NCBI RefSeq assembly: GCF_000150275.1
Contig: NW_002060946.1
Span: 6,739,855 to 6,803,854 of the forward strand
Reading direction: 5' to 3'
Length of the DNA: 64,000 nt
Source of the DNA: Trichoplax adhaerens
Taxonomy: Eukaryota; Animalia; Placozoa
Each line of letters begins with the position of its first letter. Position 1 is the stretch's first letter. Made by a program: the position numbers and the translations under genes. Positions 1 through 12,769 of the stretch are shown piece by piece. A model generated the notes under the pieces. That model searched no databases. It worked only from the letters and a program-made list of their open reading frames with translations, and was not told where the DNA came from.

Positions 1-151
1 GAAAGTGAATGTTGGCTACCAATAATGTCTAAATCGACGTTATGAAAGCAAGAAATTGTGGTAGTTAAAGAGAGTATGGGAAGCTATTGAATGTATATCT
101 TGATTGGAATTGATTCTTGCATGCTTTGAACTGGAAATTAGCGACGCAATC

Positions 152-3100
152 ATGTTTCAAGTGACACCACTCCAAAATAATTTTCCTTATATCAAGGGGC
201 ACAAGGTAGATGGCGAAGGGATGAATTTCTTCTCCAATTCATTCTAATCATCGATCTTGTCTAGGCCTTGATTGTTCAATGCAATGCTGTAATTTCTTGT
301 CTCTATCTATCTCTTCTGTTATTGGTAATCATTCCGATATTAGGACTTTTATCAGATGTTTGCAGACGGCGACGATGATATCGTGATAACTTCTTTCACA
401 ATGTGGTCTACTCCTGGCCATTTTTATACCTTAATCAACGGTAATGTACTACTTTAGTGCTACATGTATTCTCCATGAAAAATAGGATAAATGTCGGTGG
501 GGGAGAAAAAGAATTGCAAGCAGTACATTTCTCTATCTACAATACATACTTGATTGTCAATCACGATCGGTAATAGCTCATAAATAGCGCCCCTTGTTGA
601 TATTTTGATTCAAAATGAACACCCATGGCAATCCATCTTTTTGAATTGATGGTCATCCTTTGATTGACATCGATTTCAATGGATGACCACACTCGTTATT
701 CATTTCTTGAATGTATGCTGGTATTTTTCATCTTAGGAGATTCTTTTTATGCATTCGATATTATTGGTAAAAATGGATGTAAGGAATTGCAACGACTCCA
801 TTCTCTTCCAGCGGATAGTGAAACTGCTAAGGTTAGCTGGTATAAATCTTGATGTAGTATGATCCTTGGGCATAATTGTATCTTCACTTGCTCCATTTTT
901 CAATATTTTACCAATGGAAAATATGATGAACTGTTTTGAAAGCTGATGGTATCCATGTCTGTTCTCCATAATTGTAGATTCTACATTCCGCCAAGTTGGT
1001 TATTCCCTGTAAAAAATCACCAGTAGTTGGTGTATGCTATCATAATGAAGATCCACAACAAATTTATATTGTAAGTTTGGTAAATAGATCAGCATGGATC
1101 CATGTTACAAAAATACAGTATCAAGTTAGAAGTTTCTTCTATGCTCGAAATCGAGCCAAATTACATTGTTCATGAGTCGACATTTTTGGGATAATTCCAG
1201 ATTTGTGAATTATTCAGACAGTATCTGTTACAAACTCTGGCTTCTCCAATATGACCTATAGTAGTAGTCTATTTCACCATTTTTATTTCAAAAAATGCTA
1301 TAATTAGGTTCACCAAAATGGAGATACCGAATTATGGAAGTACACACTTGTGGGTCGCAACTATTGCTGGAAAAGTACAGGTATGCGAATGGAGATATTC
1401 GCCTCGGCGTTGTGTCATTATATATATATATGATGTATACGTATACCGTAAATCCATCTTAATGCAGTTTACTAGTGGCGGTTTCAACAACTACATGTAC
1501 TTTCGCGATTACAAGATGTATACTGTAGTGACTTTCCATGATATTATGCAGGATGCAATTGCTTTCCTGTGTTATTGGAAATAATATCCTAACGAATGTA
1601 TTAGCATCGAAATATCCAATCCATTATTCTTATTCTTAACTTGGCTGAAAGTCTCAGTAGAGTAAATTTATTATATACGTCGTATATTATAATTTTTATT
1701 TACCATGTAGGGACGTACACGCTATGCACCAGTACTAGAACTTCCGTCTCTTCCGTTATGATACACAGTCAATTAGACACAATTATTTGGTGCGAAAGAA
1801 GACGATCTGGTACAATTTTCAATAACTTTGAATACAAAATATTACTTAATGGTTGCTAACTGATCGCAATGATGACATTGATACAAGGTCAAATAGGTGA
1901 CGAGGATTGCTGTATTTGTACCAGAAAGCTGGATCGATGTAAGTTTTAGTAATATCATGATTTATATCGTACTTGTATTAAACTTTCAACCCAATTCTTA
2001 ACATACAAATCGCTCATGTTCCTTTATTGCTTGTTGTTACATCATTTTCGGTCCAAAAATACATCGTGGGTGTGCTTATATGATACAACTTTTAATTTGG
2101 ATTTATATGTAATCGAATGCTTGTACTGATTTCCGCCAATCATTAGCTAATGATGCAGTTAAATTTGGTACTGCAAGTGTTATCCTTCATCACTGTCCCG
2201 ATATTGGCATTTACCCACATAAAGATGGCATATATATAGTTGCCAAGTAAGGGAAACTATTGGCGTCAATTTATTGAGTACACATGAAAAAAAAGTAGCC
2301 GTGATTGATATTAATACCTAAATTATTATTTTCTCAACTTGCGTAATGTATTTGAGATCAAACATAACTTCAAGTTTCAATTTATCCTATGTAGGCAACC
2401 ATGCGATTTAATTCTTTTCAGTAATGTAGATGCAACCAATACATTTTTGGTATGAAATTGTAATACTGTTGAGTGGTTTTGAAATGTCTTTTATCTTAAT
2501 ATTTTGTACGAGTGGTACTAATAACGCAATCAACTAATCATTAACTGGTAGTTACACTTATGGAATAAAGATACCTTTGATACATCGCATATTAAAGAAT
2601 CGGACTATCGCGCAATTATTGATCATTATTCGTACGCCTGGATCAATGTTAGTATTAGAGTCCTGATAGGATTAGTAACTTTATGGCTATGCATTAATTA
2701 AATATTGAATTGCTTTTATATTCTTTCTTTAACGAAGTATAATTTCGCTTTCATGTCAGGACTCGACAGTTAGTAAAATTTTAGACGTGATGGTCGACCT
2801 TGATACACAGAGAATATATATTATTGATAGCGCATGTGGGGTATCCTTACTTACTTACGAGCAAGGTTTGCTCGGCTTTATAAATGCTATTATTCAATTC
2901 AACATTAGGTAAATTTTATGTTTAATATATTGCTATTGCCATGTGCAATTTCTTGCAGGTGACCTGGAAATTAGTTATTTATATAGCATCAATTTATCAG
3001 ACGCTGATGTTAAGAAAGTAGTGAACGGAAAACATCGATTACAAGGCTTCATCTTAAATCTTTTTCTTGGTATTATATCACATAATGGCCAAATTAGGTT

Positions 3101-6100
3101 TGTGATATTAACTACTGTATATAAAGTTTCGGCAAGACTTATGGTGTAGACTAACAGATAGATTTTATATATCTGCATGGCAACTTATTATTTAGGATGT
3201 ACGAAATTAACTCTGGAATACTGACATGGACATCAGATAGCTTTCCTTCCCCTCATGATACCATTTTTCAACTTTGGAAATATAATTCTCCTATATCCCA
3301 TGTTGGTGTATATTTACTTGGCCTTGGAATTTTCATACTAGAGGTGACTTGCCCTATTCTGTCATATTGTACAGTATACTGTATTGTAGAATTTGCATTG
3401 TCAAGTGGAAAAGTCAACTACTGTTCGCATACTGATATACTTCAATATTGACCTAGAATGTCGACATTGCAAAGCAAGCACAGCAACTTGAAAGAGTGGT
3501 ATCTGAAGGCGAAAATTTAGAGGTTCAAAATTATTTTCGCTTGAATCGTTATTTTTAAAAATAACACTTTGAAATTTAAGTTAATTTTATCCTCCGTTGA
3601 CTTAACTAGTAAAACATCTTCATAAAGCAATGTTATGTCTTTATTTCTCCTATCACGCAGAATTTTCAATTAAATTTGGCCATCAAACACAGCATGTTAT
3701 GGTCTCGTTATCAGCTTGCATATCGACAAGTAATCAACTTTATAAGCAAGGTATAGATTGTGTATATCAACCATTAAGATATCAGTTCTAATTTATGGCT
3801 CATTAAAGCAAGGCTGTTGTATTATTCATGCACGTAAATTGCATTTTATTGAATTGTTTTTGGCGATTTATTTTTCGTAGGCTACAAATGCAGCGAAAAG
3901 TTTTTCCTTAGCATTAGAGACTAAGATATCTAAAGAGGTAGAAAACTTTTATAATCTGTTTTAGTTACGCGTTATTCTTGTAATCAATGTATAGGTACAA
4001 AATTATTGCTATTGATTTATTCAATATTTTTACTTAGACCATACAAGAATGTTTACGATCTTCTCCTTACAGTCCAACGTTGATATTGGCTAGTCTTTTA
4101 CAAGTACAAATCTCTAAATTTAAAAAACTAATTGGAAAAAAATCATTATTACAATACTTACTAATCCACTTCTTATATTTTATCAGTATCCTCCAACTGT
4201 TTATGACTTCACCTATAACTATATAGAAAATTACGTAGAATACTATCAGTCTGTCTTAGGTATTATTGATGTTACAAGTAAGAGTTGATATAGATTTACC
4301 TTATAACATTATTGAATTAATTTCTTATGCAGCCACAACTGCTGAACCTGTTAAGAAGCAACGAAATTTCTTGCTAGATATGGGTGAGCTTATACCATCA
4401 TATTTATTTAGCTTTCTTATAGCTTTTAATCTAGAACAGTAATTTGATGGTGTAATTGATTCTTGTATGAAATGCAGTGCCAGTATTCGAAAATTATTTA
4501 AACATTGTTCGAGAACATCGGAAAATAATTAGTGGAGTAGAAGATGCGATACCTAAGGTACGAAGTGTGTTATCAATTTCTGTTGTCTAAATGTAATTCA
4601 CGATTGAAATCATGCATTGACAGGAAGATGTTGAGATTGACCTCCCAAATATCGTTAAAGATATGTTGATTGAAATTTATACAGGGCCATCTACCTCTAA
4701 TGAAGGTAGTTCACCGCAATAGATGAAATTTTCCTCCGCTTGACTCTACGTTTCTTAATATTATTGTTTCTACCCTAGTTGCTTTATATCAGGATATAGA
4801 TGCAGTCTGTACATCTTCTGTAACAAGCTTTATTCAAGGATATCTTTTATATCTAGGAATGAAGATTGGCAACGGTATTTTTCATAAATAGTAAAATATA
4901 CTAGCGAAATCGTTATAATCTAATTTGTCTAAGATAGAAGTCGTCAAATCCTCTTTTACAATTGCAGATGGTTCAAGTATAAAAATTATCGAGGAAAATG
5001 AAAACTGGAAATCATTGCTAGATTGTGACGTTATTCATGAAGAAGCCGAGGTAGTTGCATTTTATGGTATAAATTTGATGTTACCCATTACACTCTGTGG
5101 GTAATATTTAAATTATCCTTGTTTTATTTCAATTTTTAGCTGGAATTGTACAAAAAGTCTTCAATATTTCGAACGTTCTGTAGGGTATTATATCGCGAGT
5201 CAGCAACTGCATTGGTAATACAAATTGCATAACTAGTTATTCTCTAAAAAATTCTTAACTGATAATATACTGTTTGTTAGGTCCCTTTGCTAAAAATTTT
5301 GCATGAAAAGTTCAAGTCTATGGAAGATACATTTTCTTATAGTCAGCGTAAAGTTCGTGTCATAAAATGTTGTGTTTAAATGAGCAATGGTAACTTTTAC
5401 CGACAGTTTCACTAACGTACAATAACCTAAACATACAGAATATATTTAGTGAGATACGTGCAGTCTTGCCGTCACTACACCCTTGTCGTATCGAGGAAAC
5501 AACCTCTGAGATGATTTCAGCATATACAGAATTAACACTTTTAAGGTAAGTTGCTACAATTGTATGATTTTGGCATACGTTACGATACCATGCCTTATTA
5601 AAATAATGTCAATCTTTCATTCCTAATTTTACTGCGTTAACTGTGTGTGATAGTGAGGATGATTTCTGTGAAAATATGGCTCTTAGAACATTTATATTTT
5701 ATTCGAAGTGGGAAGATGCTATCGCCTTTACGAGCTCTTATAATAATAATGTAAGATTGGATAGATGATGATAAAGTAGAAAATTTCCTTTTTATGTTAT
5801 TTTTTATTATGGAAACACAATGATTGTCTATTGCAACACTCCATGTGATAATTTGATTGATTAAGAGTCAATTATATCGGTGTAAGCATAATGCTGGATA
5901 CTGATACCACTCTTCTTGTTTACTGTTGATAATTTGAAAGATGTTCTAATTGCATATAATGTAATCTTATCTTTGTAATGTAGACGTTAATACAAAAGGA
6001 ATTGTTCCATATACTGATAACCGAAATGTTAAAAGTAAGCTAATTATTACAGTATACGCGTTTGTAGATGCGCTTATAGCTAAGCTCTACATTAATATTA

Positions 6101-6731
6101 TCACCAATACATCATGTGCAAGTTAGACCAGCACGAAAGAAGCTACTAGTATTTCTATTTTAATGAATTGTAGGCTGGCATCCTTAATGTTTATAGCAAA
6201 TTATTGTGGAATGCGATTCCACAAGATATGAGGTTTGCTGTAGATAGTATGCTTGAAAACGTTATTCTGCAAAAAAAGGTTGAATACTAATCAGTGCTCT
6301 TGTTTGTAGCCTAATTGCATTACTTACGTTGCTAAATGATCATCTTTGTCCAAGAAGCTTAACCGTAAATCAAGGTATGTATAGTTGAAATGAATTTAAA
6401 TTATCGTGTGGATTTTACCTTAGCTGATACGCTGACTGGGCTATATAATGATAATGATTGCAATTTGTAGGCAATGTGTATTACGTACAGAATAACAAGG
6501 ATGTATCTGTAAGTAACAAGAACTTTGGATTTTCTCATTATTCTTAGCTCACTACTGTACAAAGTTTGAAGGATGAGTACTTATTGAAAGATAGCTACAG
6601 GAAGGATTCTAGAGTTGAACAAAGATTTTATTCATTTTTGTAAATGTACCGCTGTTGATGATTATTACTAGATCGGAGCGGTTAAGGATCAGTTTAAGAA
6701 GATGCTTTCTGCGGATTTAGAGCGGAAATGA
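152..6731 (+). CDS. HPS6: HPS6-like protein (BLOC-2 complex subunit), ~30 short exons
   Basis: Phase-consistent GT-AG exons joined by hand: 152-205 (MFQVTPLQNNFPYIKGHK), 344-440, 737-831, 978-1070, 1308-1380, 1711-1809 (..DTIIWCERRRS), ~1888-1938 (DEDCCICTRKL), 2147-2246 (FGTASVILHHCPDIGI), 2395-2449 and further exons to a last one at ~6673-6731 (IGAVKDQFKKMLSADLERK*). The motif order IIWCERR..CCICTR..VILHHCP..SDYRAII parallels vertebrate HPS6 (LVWCEER..HCVCVR..VLLHHCP..DFR) as remembered. Middle and 3' exon boundaries are approximate. Confidence 0.75.
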
Positions 6732-7596
6732 GACCCGCTAAAATTAAATTGTGAATAAGGACACGATACCGTTGTATCCCCAAGTTTGCTACTTTATAAG
6801 ATGTTACGATTATTAATATACTGTATGTATGTACGAACGTACCTGGTAGACATGGAGACAGATGTTTATTTTTTTATATTGATTTTTTATCTTTGATTTC
6901 ATTATTAAAAGCTTTTAAGTGCAATTTAAGCATGTGCCTACAGTTCTTGAGAGCTTATTACAATTCAGTATGTGCTTATAGTTGACAGTTTAATAGATGG
7001 TATGATATGAATGATTGGTATATCTTCTGTAAGTGAAACAAGGATGACAAATTCATAACGGTTTGTCAAGGAATTTTGATGATGAATTACTAGTAAAGGA
7101 TATCATTGGATAATGATACTGAATGGCACTCGTAGAAAGAACTGGTTATTATGTTGTTGTATACTTGTACATTTATAAAGTATGGTAGTGCATGCTTTTT
7201 AGAATGCTAAGCTCCATTACCCTTTGTAGTAGGTGCATGCAGAAAATAAGCGCCATTTTTTAGTAATTTATGGTAGTAACAATGATCTGTATAAATGGAT
7301 TCTGTTGTCTGCATTGATATCAGTTAATACAAGTTATAGGGCTAGTTTCTATGGCTTCATCGATGAATGGACGCTAAGCTATGATGTAAAGTATTCTGAA
7401 CGATTTGCTAGTCCAGCAAGAAAGATGTTGAAAATTATTTGAGTGATACAATCGTAGTAACTCTGTACACCTCTTTTGGATTGTATTTAGGAAAGCAATT
7501 TTACTTTCTGTTGGGGTATCACTCTATTAAACTAGTAGACACAGTAGCGTATTCTGTTTAATAAATTGTCAATCTTTAGATATTCCATTTACGAGT

Positions 7597-8160
7597 GAGT
7601 GGCGCTCCACAGCGGTCAGCTCCTCATCTCACAGCACAAAGTGCATACGAATGCAGTAGTTGCCTATTCTTCGGAGTCGGAAGAATAGGCAGTTGCTCCT
7701 AAAATATCCAAAACTACTGCAGTACTGTAAAAGAGAGAGAGAGAGAGTGGCGCTCTACAGCGATCAGCTCCTCATCTCAGTGCACAAAGTGGACACATAC
7801 AAATGTAGAGCTCCCTATTCTTCGGAGTCGGAAGAATAGGCAGTTGCTCCTAAAATATCCAAAACTACTGCAGTACTGTAAAAGAGAGAGAGAGAGGAAA
7901 TGCACATGAATGCAGAGTAGAGGAAGACCATGCTAAAACGTCCAAACTACGGCGGCAGTCGTGCAAGAGAGAGAGAGAGAGACGCTGCATAGCGCTCAAT
8001 CCGTAGTGTACTTGCTCATCTCATTACACATGAGTGTAGAGTAGAGGAAGACCATGGCTAAAATGTCCAAACTACGGCGGCAGTAGTGCAAGAGAGAGAG
8101 AGAGACGCTGCTCATCTCAGTTCATCAAGTGGACATGAATCGAGAGTAGACCGTCCTAAA
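7597..8160. repeat. Composite repeat: two ~148-bp units with a stem-loop and (GA)n tail, then two ~125-bp related units ending in (GA)n
   Basis: GAGTGGCGCT...CCTATTCTTCGGAGTCGGAAGAATAGGCAG...CAGTACTGTAAAA(GA)n occurs at ~7597 and ~7745. GAGTAGAGGAAGACCATG...AACTACGGCGGCAG..GTGCAA(GA)n occurs at ~7915 and ~8040. Confidence 0.85.
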
Positions 8161-8291
8161 TTCTGACAACTACTTAGCGCATTTGGTTACCTCATCGCTG
8201 GTGATACTTCAATTATGACACTAAATATCCAATAGCAAGAAAATCGTCATGGCTTCATGGACTCAATATATTGTAGTGCTCTAGTTAAAAG

Positions 8292-8783
8292 TATCAGCAG
8301 CGATGGCTTCGCCAAATAGTAGATGGAGTGGGGAATACTTTAGGAAGGTCGAATGGACAGGCTTTTAATACGACGATCGTATTGGAAGGATAATTTTGAA
8401 TTTCCAATGGTCGTCTTTTCAATTTTATTGACATTGCTAAAGGGACTATTGCAATCATTGGCAATGGTGAAAATTTGCCCTTGCATTTAACGCTCATCAA
8501 TACTGCTATACAGTATGCTTTTAGCGGAAGCCAACTCGCAATCAACAAGGATTTTAAACAGACTACTTTGATTTGTCCAACTTTATCCAGCGTGATTGGC
8601 CTAGCGTCGCAATAGGCAATATTGATCGCTAGCCATTTTGATACCATTTTACATCTGCATACAGTACTGTTCAATCAGCAACGCTACCTTCTAACAAGAA
8701 GCCTAAAATTGGTAGATTACTCTATTCCATCCCTACTCTCCATCATTGCGTGCTATTTTATGTTTTACACCAATATTCAGTGA
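8292..8783 (+). pseudogene. Decayed intronless reading frame, weakly resembling a Polinton/Maverick-like virus major capsid protein N-terminal part
   Basis: 163-codon frame with only 3 internal stops: ..GTIAIIGNGENLPLHLTLINTAIQYAFSGSQLAINKDFKQTTLICPTLSSVIGL.. This recalls the remembered 'TL.NN....LFS...Y.LNG......G..TT..GL' stretch of Polinton-type double-jelly-roll capsids. Visual similarity only. Confidence 0.25.
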
Positions 8784-10689
8784 CCGGTTAACCGCTCAAC
8801 ACTGTTTTTATACTGTTCAATCAATATTGATGCCTTTTGAAACAACAACCCTGTCACTATTGGATAGGATTTTATGCCCATGTCGCCAAAGGTGAACCAA
8901 TAATAAATCATTGAAAATATCCATCGCATCCATTTTTTCATCTTCCAAACCACCAGAGTGAAGTCCATGCGCTTATTTTATTGCCAATCCAATAGGACTT
9001 GTCATTTTTTTCACACTCTCTTCCACCAACATGGTGTACAATATTGCACTGGAATTTTATTTTTCTACGCTTTCCTATTTCTTCTTGACTGTCAGCTACG
9101 TCTCTCTTGACTCAATACAGCACAGTATTTTTCTTCTAGGATAGGATAACCACCAGCCTTCGTTGTACTTTTACCTATCGCTGTAAATCACACAGTGGTT
9201 ACCAATAGTAATATGGATAGTGTTTTAATCAATCACCCATGATTTTACATACTGTAGTTGTTGTCCATTTTCATCCATTGGATCTTCCATGTTGACAAGA
9301 TGGACTGTTTATTTGTACACCATTTTTTCAGTTTATTTATAGAAAAGTGGCAGTTGGAAACGAATACCAAAAACCAAGGTCTGTCTCCTGTATGCATTTT
9401 TCTATCCAAATAGATTGTGGTATGCCGATCGAGGTTGTCAAGTATGGAGTCCAAAGTAAATATTGGCACATCGATGCTTGCTGGAAGAGTATTTACGGTA
9501 TTGATGTGTATCTTTCCATTGGATTTGTAGCCAACTTCTTGAACGAACCGTAAACTACTGTTAATGAATTTTTATAGTTAGTTTACCAACACCAACCGAT
9601 GCATTCTAGCATAATGATGTATTGATAGACGGACGATTGATTGCATCAACTACAGCTGTATACTGTATGGCCATTTTCTACTGTTATTCTATTTTGGGCA
9701 GGTGGTTTTCTAAATTCCCCTTGGCGCTGTAGAGGAGAAACTAGAGCTACAGTAGAATCAACACATTTTCTGTAGTCCTTTCTAGACGGCTACGCGGAAA
9801 GTGTGTTCATGCTGCGCCTATACATGGGCCTTGTTGAGGAAGGTCATCAACGCCATTCTCGTCAAAACAATCCTGTTTATTCCACATTGGATACCATTCC
9901 AAATCATAGACACTGGGCTGGAAAAGGTGCCCGTAGTCTAATGATCAGAGTTTAGACCGTAGGCCATCATCGTTTGCAACAGTACTATCCCGTGAGCAAA
10001 CGATGGAATGTCTTCAAAAATGACAGACATTGAAGAATTTTTTGAAGCCTAGACAACTGTTCTACTAGTTCGAGCCTATGATAGCAAGTAGCACAGCAGT
10101 ATACATCTATTACGGTTACTGGTAAACATAATAACTCGGAAATTGCAAAATCAAGGATGGCTAAGGTGCTCTGTCAGCCAAATAACTCATGTCTGCTTTT
10201 TACAAAATGGCCGACCGCTTTTGTCATTGCTCGACGAAGGATGTCTTATTTCCAAGCATAGAGTGCACCCCTAAACTGCTATATCGGCCAGCTAATTTAC
10301 AGTATCGAGTCATGACCATAGTATGCCATTAGAATTGTTAATAATATTATTTTGAATCACAAGCAAAAGAAAATTCTATCCGTGCTGCGGATGCCGTAGT
10401 AATCACCAATGACAGCTTTCGCCTTGATAGAATCCATTTCTTGCCGATCGCAGTTCAATACAGATCAAAATTACCCTTGACAATCACTTTCATCGATGGC
10501 TTTAACCTCTTTAGATACAGTAGAGTACTGTAGTAGACAGATTCGAATTTTTGCTTTACTTTCGAAATTAGGTACAACACATCGATTAAGGTGATTATAG
10601 ACTCCAGATCGCAAATACTGTAGACTAACGGAGCGAGAACCAATAAACCATTTCCGTTGCTCTTGGCTGAATTTCACGCATTAATCATC

Positions 10690-11700
10690 TTTGTAAGGAA
10701 ATTCAAATTTATTTTTTCCGATCTGATTTATTGCTCTTGTAACTGAATTCAATTTATGAATCGTCATGAGGAAATTTAAATTCATTTTTTCGATCTCAAC
10801 GTTTGGACCTGATTCATTGCTCTCCTAACTGAATTGAATTTATATTAATAAATTGAATATATAAGGTCATAACGAAATTCAAATTCATTTTTCCAATCTC
10901 AACGTTTCGACCTGATTCATTACTCAGCTAACTGAATTGAATTTATATGAATAAATTGAATTGATGAGGTCATAACGAAATTCAAATTCATTTTTCCAGT
11001 CTCAACGTTTGGACCTGATCAATTGCTCTCCGAACTGAATTGAATTTATATGAATAAATTGAATATATAAGGTCATAACGAAATTCAAATTCATTTTTCC
11101 AGTCTCAACGTTTGGACTTGATCAATTGCTCTCCGAACTGAATTGAATTTACATGAATAAATTGAATTGATGAGGTCATAACGAAATTCAAATTCATTTT
11201 TCCAGTCTCAACGTTTCGACCTGATTCATTACTCAGCTAACTGAATTGAATTGATGAGGTCGTAAGGAAATTCAAATTCAATTTTCCAATCTCAACGTTT
11301 GGACCTGATCAATTGCTCTCCGAACTGAATTGAATTTATATGAATAAATTGAATTGATGAGGTCATAACGAAATTCAAATTCATTTTTCCAGTCTCAACG
11401 TTTGGACCTGATCAATTGCTCTCCGAACTGAATTGAATTTATATGAATAAATTGAATTGATGAGGTCGTAAGGAAATTCAAATTCATTTTTCCAATCTCA
11501 ACATTTCGACCTGATCAATTACTCTGCTAACTGAATTCAATTTATCAATCTTTCCCATTTTAACGTTTCGACTCCATTAGTAACTGAACTGAATGCACAG
11601 TCTGTTTTGCTCCATGCATGAATTCTTAGAAGGAAATTCAAATTCATTTTTGCGATCTGGACATTTCGACCTGAATGCCTCCTCCACTAACTGCGTTAAG
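10690..11700. repeat. 103-bp tandem array (~9 copies, decayed copies to ~12130)
   Basis: The anchor GAAATTCAAATTCATTTTTCC recurs at 10874, 10977, 11080, 11183 and on (period 103). Central copies are near-identical; edge copies are diverged. Confidence 0.95.
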
Positions 11701-12769
11701 AAAATTGAAATCCCTTTTCAATCAGACTTGCGAGGCTTTTGATTGATCTGTATGGATCGTCAATAAAATTAAAAATTGATTTTCTTTTCGATCAGTATCT
11801 CTGCATTCAATAGATTGACTCGTCAGGAAATTAAAATGGATGTTTCGGTCACTTTTTTCTACCGATCTCAACACTCCTGATTGCTCTACTGTACTTCATT
11901 ACTGAAACTATTGCTTAAGTAAATAACCAACTTTAAATTGATTTTTTCGTCCCCATTTTTGTTTTTGCTACCAATCTCAACGCTTCAATCTTGTTGCTCT
12001 ACTTGCTGGGATTCAATATACATTATTTATTGACCCTCATAACCAAATTAAAATGGGAATTTTCCGCTATTATGTTGATTCTGCCCATCTCGACGTTTCC
12101 ACCTGATTGCTCTAGTTACTGACTTGATTAACAACTACATATGGATAGTAAAATACACCTAGAGGAAAATAAATTCAAGTTTAATGGCTGTGATGACGCT
12201 TATTACTGTACATAAAGTGGGACTAACTTGATTCAACAAATTGGATGTTTAATCATCTCGCTTTGAAAGCTTAATGGTATCAAGAATTGAGATTATTATT
12301 ATCCATTAGATGTTGAAAACATGGAACTGTGTCCAACCCTAACAGTAAAACAATCTGTATTGCAGAAGGAAACGATAATGATAAATTATTAGTAGAAATA
12401 GAGCTACTTTAAAGTAATGTGGAAAGAGCGCCTACGTTCATTTGTCAAGCCAAGATAACTTTGCAGAAAAAGGAGAGAAAATGTCGGCCTGTACCGTATA
12501 TTAAGAACGGGAATAACTACTATGATTAGAATGGCTGTTGAGCATTGCATCGGCGTGAAAGGATTAAAAATGGGCTCTTCTTTCCGAGAAATCGTGGCAG
12601 TCATGAGCTAAAATATGCAGCCAATTCCCGTAATTCCACAAGAATGACCAAAGCCAACGGTCTCTCTCCACTGTTGTACAAATAACTGAGTGGCAATCCA
12701 GTACAAATTAGTCATGATCACCGGGTGGCAGGTATTCAGAAATACCCGTCAAGAATTCAACAACAACTT

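Noticed and set aside
2841-2850. GTATCCTT resembling a U12 5' splice site
   Set aside because: It lies inside an in-frame HPS6 exon (..ACGVSLLTYEQ|G) that ends at a normal GT donor.
664-3451. Stand-alone short ORFs in the ORF track
   Set aside because: They are HPS6 exons read into introns, off-frame readings or antisense shadows.
10960-11000. Hammerhead-like TGATGAG-gtcataa-CGAAA in units of the 103-bp array
   Set aside because: The invariant C of CUGAnGA is T, and no NUH cleavage triplet can be placed so that stems I and III both pair. An Infernal search with hammerhead models would settle it.
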